DNA of 25,220 nucleotides from a virus (lineage: Duplodnaviria; Caudoviricetes). The stretch lies in the IMG/VR virus record IMGVR_UViG_3300006169_000010, positions 1 to 25,220 of that record; one strand, 5' to 3'. The notes under the pieces were generated by a model, which was not told where the DNA came from, ran no database searches, and was given only the letters and a program-made list of their open reading frames with translations. Below are positions 24,657-25,220 of the stretch, piece by piece. The translations under genes and the position numbers were made by a program. Numbering within the stretch: position 1 is the stretch's first letter; every line of letters starts with the position of its first letter.

Positions 24657-25220
24657 CGGTAATACCCAATAGTTTTTTATACTCGGCAACATAAGATTCC
24701 TGCAGTTGAATGTTTTTTCTCAGCTGTTCGAACTTGGGACTATCAACCGGTAAGTTTTTAATCTTGGCTTTATAGTCACGCAAATATTTTTGATGGTTCT
24801 GCAGCTTTAGTGGCCAGTCCCTTGGGTTGAGTGAGAGGTTGGGCAAAGAAGCTTCTTCCGGAAGCTTGCCATGCTCGATGTAATGATCACGCTTTGCGTA
24901 GATCTTTCTGCAGGCATCTCGAAGGTCTAAAATCTTATGAGCCATTTCCCCGGCCATGGTTTTCTTTTCCGGATCCAATTCACCAGCTTTGGCCACTTCA
25001 TAAATACGAGCCTGGAGGTTTTTCTTCTGCAGGAATAATGCTAACCATTCATCATACAATGCTTTTAGTTCCGGACTCATCTCCGCTGGCCAGCCAATGG
25101 CTCTTGCAGCCAGCTTTGTAGCAAGGTCTTTTTCCAGCTGCTTGTTCTTTTTCTCCAGCTCGTCACGGGTCTCGATCAAATCCCAGTTCTCATTCTCCAG
25201 TTCATTCTTTTCTTCTTCCA
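24646..25220 (-). CDS. Coiled-coil hypothetical phage protein (5' truncated)
   Basis: Frame is open to the window edge (EEEKNELENENWDLIETRDE...); DHYIEHGKLP segment. Confidence 0.8.
   Translation of the reverse strand, partial: EEEKNELENENWDLIETRDELEKKNKQLEKDLATKLAARAIGWPAEMSPELKALYDEWLALFLQKKNLQARIYEVAKAGELDPEKKTMAGEMAHKILDLRDACRKIYAKRDHYIEHGKLPEEASLPNLSLNPRDWPLKLQNHQKYLRDYKAKIKNLPVDSPKFEQLRKNIQLQESYVAEYKKLLGITDAI

Larger units (their letters stand above)
1..25220. mobile_element. Part of a Bacteroidota tailed phage/prophage (lysis, head, tail and packaging modules); boundaries lie outside the window
   Basis: Terminase, portal-like, S49 protease, capsid-like, tape measure and endolysin genes; no host housekeeping gene and no integrase in the window. 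Confidence 0.95.

Overview
This window is the morphogenesis and packaging region of a tailed (siphovirus-like) phage or prophage of a Bacteroidota host. The host call is inferred from TAnnTTTG-type promoters, A-rich SD-less leaders and protein style; Chitinophagaceae is a weak guess. The + strand carries the 3' end of a GH73 endolysin, an S49 head protease, scaffold, major capsid protein with an inserted CBM5/12-like module, tail tube, tape measure, a small accessory block (HTH, YopX-like, UVR-motif), portal, adaptor and tail genes. The - strand carries a secreted trypsin-like protease moron, an early-type ArdC-N/RadC/coiled-coil operon, and a packaging operon (coiled-coil, PLD-like, two small-terminase-like genes, large terminase) convergent with the structural genes. 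The main non-coding observations are: (i) a three-copy, exactly spaced TGTCCTTTC-N19-nAnnTTTR promoter motif, two copies of which would give leaderless mRNAs and one a ~65-nt non-coding transcript; (ii) a ~555-bp intergenic region after the terminase with direct repeats (candidate cos/pac), a hairpin run that folds preferentially on the + strand and a Flavo-1-like element; (iii) shared GTGAC half-sites at the HTH gene and at the ArdC/RadC operon. All family assignments come from reading motifs by eye; no database searches were run.
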